Assembly: GCF_009914755.1 (NCBI RefSeq)
Contig: NC_060926.1
Length of the DNA: 64,000 nt
Source of the DNA: the human T2T-CHM13v2.0 reference genome, Homo sapiens
Reading direction: 5' to 3' (one strand)
The notes below the pieces were generated by a model that had not been told where the DNA came from, ran no database searches, and saw nothing but the letters and a program-made list of their open reading frames with translations. Both the position numbers and the translations under genes were made by a program. The stretch's first letter is position 1; each line of letters opens with the position of its first letter. Shown here one piece after another: positions 58,707 to 64,000 of the stretch.

Positions 58707-58815
58707 CCCAGCTACTCCGGAGACTCAGGTGGGAGGATTGCTTGACCCTGGGAGGCTGAGGTTACAGTGAGTTGAGATCGCGCCACTGCGAATATAAATA
58801 AATAAATAAACAAAC
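58707..58815 (+). mobile_element. Alu right-arm fragment with (TAAA)n
   Basis: gtcccagctactccggagactcaggtgggaggattgcttg. Confidence 0.75.
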
Positions 58816-58952
58816 AATAGCTTATAATGAATTCTGATTGTAAATTTTGAGATGATGATTGATAAGGTATAAAGAAGAAAGTGAAAATCATTCATAATCT
58901 CATTACTCAACTACTCCTAATGTTTTGGTACATATGCTTCCTAATTCATAAC

Positions 58953-58954
<2 letters not shown>

Positions 58955-58997
<43 letters not shown>

Positions 58998-59030
58998 GTC
59001 TCTCTCTCTCACACACACACTCACACACAC
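58955..59030. repeat. (TC)n(CA)n compound microsatellite
   Basis: Directly visible. Confidence 0.95.
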
Positions 59031-59123
59031 GTACACATAAAATAGATACATTTTATACACAGATACAATTTTATTGTAACATTTTAAGAAAAACAGCTTT
59101 GTAATTTTTTATTTAAAAATATT

Positions 59124-59731
<608 letters not shown>

Positions 59732-59878
59732 TCAGCCAACATTGTCTGCACAAGGGTGGAGGCTGAGAGAGAGGCCTCGGGAATCTGGCTGTGAGTGAGG
59801 ACGGGCCTGGGGTGGGAAAGCCCCCTACATGGGGAACCCTTGGGTTCCGGGCTGCTGACCATGCCCATCCTGCTCCAG

Positions 59879-61671
59879 CCCACTGCCCCACTGCCCCCGG
59901 TGCCACTGACCAAACAGCAGTACCTATGCCAGCTGCTCCTGGATGCCATCCTGGCCAACATCCGCTCACCCTCTTCAACCATTCCCTGTACCGCATATTC
60001 ATGCCAACCATGATTGCCATCCACAGCCCACCCATCACATACATCCAGCTGGGCTGGGCTTCGCAGAGGGTGGCTGCCTGGCCCTGGGCCATGTGTGCCC
60101 AGTGTGGTCACCATGGTGCCTCCCCAAGGCCCCAGTGGTATGCACCCAGAAGCACAGGCTTGAGGACGATGAGCAGCAGAGCATCCCCAGTGTGCTCCAG
60201 GGCCTGGTGGCCAGGTTGGAGCCCAAGTGCATGATAAACCTGGACCCTTCTCACTGCAGCAACAACGGCACCGTCCGCCTGATCTGCAAGCTGGGCGAGT
60301 GTCCAGGAGGGCCAGGCTGGCGCAAGAGAGCAACCCCCAACTGCAGCCCCAGGCCTCTGCTGTCCAAGCTGGAGGGCACAGTGCCCAGACCCCATCCTAT
60401 GTTCACGTGCCAGCAGGTTGTCTGCTCTGTCTTCTGGGCCCAGGACAGACTGGCCATTGCCTCTGCCCCCACCCCCGGAGCCCACGCACCCTCACCTCCC
60501 CAACACAGATGCGGCTCTGCTTGCCTGGGGCCCTAGGGAGGTGGCACGCAGGACCTCTGGGCACCCATTGATGCAGGTCACTCTGGCTTCAGGTTTGGAA
60601 ATCCGAGAGTGAGAGAGACATCCAGGCTTTGCCGCAAGCCTCACCAGAACCTCCCTGGGTGTGAAGAGTCCTGTTCGGGAGCAGGGCTGTGAGGCGGGGC
60701 AGGCCAGGGCTTGTCTGGGTCACAGGTACAGCCTTGTGTGTTGCAAACGACAAGGACCTCCCAAGTGTGCCACCATGTGCCCACCCACTACCCTACCCAG
60801 AGTCCACTGTGGATGGACCGGCAGTGGCTATACAGTGGGCAGACCCAGAGGGAGCTGTCTGGGGGCCCAGGGCAGGCAGGGGTCATTCTGGAACACCAGG
60901 CTTCCAGTGCTGCAGGGACAGCCTCTGTGCACTCCAGCCCCTCCCAGCTCAGGCCCCTCCCTCCCCTCTTCTGACTCCCCCTGCACGGGCAGGCGCAGGT
61001 TTTCCAGTGGTCACCTGAGAGAGAGGGGTCTCTGCTCTTCTTCTGTGTCCCTTTGCCCCTTCATCTTGTGTCAGGTCAGTTGTCCAGGGTGGCTGTGTTC
61101 AGTGGCTGAGGGGTGAGAAAGCCTACGGCTCAAGGACAGACCCTGCTTTTCCCAGAGGCCACCAGGGAGCTCAGCGGGGCTGACAGGTCCTACCAGTAGC
61201 TTGGGCACACAAGGCCCCATCTGGGCGATGTGGCTCCAGAGGGTCATGTTGACAGGAGTCAGTGTCCCTGAGCCCAGAGCTGGCACACAGCAGATCCAGG
61301 GCTGGGTCCCCAAGGTTGTCAGAGGCAAAGCCCTGGGCTCCAAACCCCATTCAGATTCAGTTCTTCACTGACAATGAGGCTCTGGGAGGAGAGCCCGATG
61401 GCCAGGCAGGCAGCGTGCAGGGCTCCTCCTGGTGCTTCAGCCAGTCCTGGGGCTGCCACTTCCCAGAGCACTGCCGGGTGTGCAGGCCGTGGGTGCAGCA
61501 CCAGCTGCCTCAGGCTCATGCCCATTGTTCTGTTGCAGGCACCAACCCCTTCCTCAGGTCGGTGCACCACTGCGTGACCTCCAGGCAGCCACAGCCTGGA
61601 AAAGCACTCGGTTACCACCTTGCTCAACACCTGTGCCCGGAGCATCCACAAGGCCTGCCTCGGCTGCTTAG
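59879..61671 (+). pseudogene. MED15P9: Unprocessed MED15 pseudogene, last four exons (59879-60038, ~60129-60294, ~60747-60834, 61539-61671)
   Basis: Peptides TKQQYLCQLLLDAILANIRSP, SIPSVLQGLVARLEPK..NLDPSHCSNNGTV.LICKL, DKDLPSVPP and NPFLRSVH...ACL.AA* match the MED15 C-terminus. Frameshifts and mutated splice sites are present (cac|atac, G|gc, ttgcaa). The pseudogene number is inferred from locus. Confidence 0.85.
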
Positions 61672-63193
61672 CCAGGACTGCAGGGATGGCCCGCAGCCTC
61701 ATCGGGGCCAAGGACGCATGCCTCCTGTCAGACACTTCTAGGTGTTGGCGTCCATGGAGAGCCTGGAGTTAGGTTAGCTTTCCTCCTTTTCTCTCCTGCC
61801 TTGGGGATCTGCCAAATGAAATCCCGCACTTGTACAGACTGAGATGGGCGTGGTGGAGCGGGCTGCTCGCCGTGGCCTGTCCAGGGTCCAGGTCCATCTC
61901 AGCGGCATGAGGGTGCGCTCAGGGTGTTGTTAGAGCATCTTGTGTGTGCTCAACACACCCCTGCTCCTTTCTATAGGAGAACACAGAGGACATAGGAAAC
62001 CCTTCAAACACACATCGGATTCTCTGCTCACAGTTTTGGGTTCAGGCTGTGCTGCTTTGGGCAGGTGGGGCACCCCCCAGAGAAGCCCCTAAGTCCAGGG
62101 CACAGGCTGCCTATCGGAGGGAGGGCTGGCCCATGGCTGCTGCCAGCTCCCCACCACCAGCTGGGCCTCAGCCCTCACGGCATTCCTGCTGAGCACTGTG
62201 GGGCCCCCAGGGAGCAGGGGCACGGGGGATCCTGCTGCCGGCACCCCTGTGTCACTCGTGTGAGGGCCGTGTCCCCATTGTGAAGGATGAAGAGCCAGGC
62301 CCTCTGGACCCGCGTCCTCAGAACACTACGCACTGCCACCCAGAGAGTGCGGGCCTGGCGGTGGGTGGGGCCATGCAGTGAGTGCCTCCCTATGTTGCCC
62401 ACTGCCCTGGGCACCGGCCAGCAGCCCTTTGGTGACAAGAGTCGCCCCTTTTAATGCATACCACCCCATCATCTGTGATTGTTATAATCTTGTTATTCCT
62501 GTGTTTGTCAGGACTCGTCACTGTGTCCCCCACTCCATGAAACTGGGCCTGCTGTCCTGTTAGGATGCTGTAAGCCCCCGGGCCTGGGCTGTCCTTTCTG
62601 ACGCACTGTCCCATTCCTTGGCCTGGTTCATCCCCAGCTTCCTGGCAAAGTTCTGCTCCCTGAAGCAGGAAGAGGCTGAGATTAATGCCAACGAAGTGGG
62701 GCCGTGGGCCTGGGAAGACTGTGTGGCTGGCTGAGGGTGGGCACTAAGCTGGCCACCCCACCCCCGACATGGACATGGCTGTGCTGTGGCGGAAGGGGTG
62801 GTGCGGGCATGGCCACGGCACTCGAGACAGCCCTCCGAGGAGGAGGGCGAGCCTGGCTGGACCCCCTGTCTGCGGTGCTGTGTCAGGGCAGCAGAGGACA
62901 GCCTCTTGCCCCCAGGAGTGTGCAGTGTGGGCAAGAGACAGAGTGATCATGTGTTTGGAACGCAGCTCCAGCCCAGCCAGGGGACCAGAAAAGCCCTCCC
63001 GCTTCCAGGGAGGATGTGCATGGCTCTGCCAATGCCTGTCTCCCAGGGCCGCTGGCAGGTCCCAGGATGCGCAAGACTGGGCTGCCCAGGCAGGTCCCTG
63101 CAGACAGCGGGGCCTGGGCTAGAGGCCAAGGGCTGGGACTGGGAAGGGACGCGACGCCTGATAGCCAGTGAGGAGCCAGGCACACAACTTGGA

Positions 63194-63296
63194 AATAAAC
63201 AAGCTTTATTTTCAGTTTCAACAGGTAAGGCGATACCTGCTTCATCGTGTGCTTTTATGTAAATGCCAAATAGCAAAATAACAGCTAGAAAATAAA
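63194..63296. terminator. Convergent polyadenylation signals
   Basis: Minus-strand AATAAA at 63205-63210 (CCDC74B); plus-strand AATAAA at 63194-63199 and 63291-63296. Confidence 0.6.
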
Positions 63297-63456
63297 CAGT
63301 TTGTCAGTTTGGAGATCAAGTACTTTATCTATCTTGAGTGTTATCTATCTTGGAATTTAGCCAGGCCTAAAAGTAGCGGAAGTATCAGGAAATGCTATAG
63401 AGAGCCAATCTCCAGCTGCAGGTTGGTGGGCCTGGCACTGACCAGATGCGGGTAGC

Positions 63457-63669
<213 letters not shown>

Positions 63670-63792
63670 TCACGGGGGCACAGAGAGGCCTCAGCGAGCT
63701 CCGCTTCTGCGCTGCCACGCTCCCTTCCCCACTCCCTCCCTGGGGCCCAGGCTGCAGGGCTGCCCCACTGTCCCCATGCCTGTGGGACTTAC

Positions 63793-63849
63793 CATTTCTT
63801 GGAGAGGCTCTTGGTGGAGACCTTGGGGAAATGCGTGGCTTCTTGGTCC
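63793..63849 (-). CDS. CCDC74B: CCDC74 penultimate exon (DQEATHFPKVSTKSLSKKC)
   Basis: cag|G acceptor, TG|gtaagt donor, 57 nt, in phase. Confidence 0.88.
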
Positions 63850-63924
63850 CTGGGTGAAGGAAGAGTCAGCAGTGAGCTGTGGATAGGCCCCCAGGGATGG
63901 GGCAGGGGTGCACCAGGCACTCAC

Positions 63925-64000
63925 CTGGGAAAGCTAGCTTCCTCCGGGACTGCCTGGGGCCTCTGGCTCCCTTCCAGGAGGGACTTGAGGTGCTGCAGCT
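63925..64000 (-). CDS. CCDC74B: CCDC74 exon (LQHLKSLLEGSQRPQAVPEEASFPR), 5' edge at window end
   Basis: AG|gtgagt donor; in phase with the next exon. Confidence 0.85.

Overview
Human (primate) genomic DNA. It is most consistent with the 2q21.1 segmental-duplication locus carrying POTEF. The minus strand holds 13 phase-consistent coding exons of a POTE ankyrin-domain gene (ATG at 44407; the 3' exons lie left of the window). An internal tandem duplication of about 14.5 kb repeats a 4-exon module, and its junction is visible as a U6-pseudogene/Alu fusion at ~12550. One intron holds a full-length L1HS Ta-1d element (13189-19233) with intact ORF1, ORF2 and ORF0, a pure poly(A) tail and a 17-bp TSD; it inserted into the TSD of an older Alu. 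Upstream of POTE lie a CpG-rich 50-bp minisatellite and a palindromic six-CCAAT-box candidate bidirectional promoter flanked by oppositely skewed G/C-rich repeats. Further right are an unprocessed MED15 pseudogene fragment (+) and the last three exons of CCDC74B (-). Smaller finds are fossil CCDC144-like exons, a NOP58 retrocopy fragment, a deletion-created exon acceptor, paired GC donors and a copy-specific solo LTR. I see no evidence of a wholly new biological system. Gene and repeat identities rest on recalled sequences and manual alignment, not database searches.
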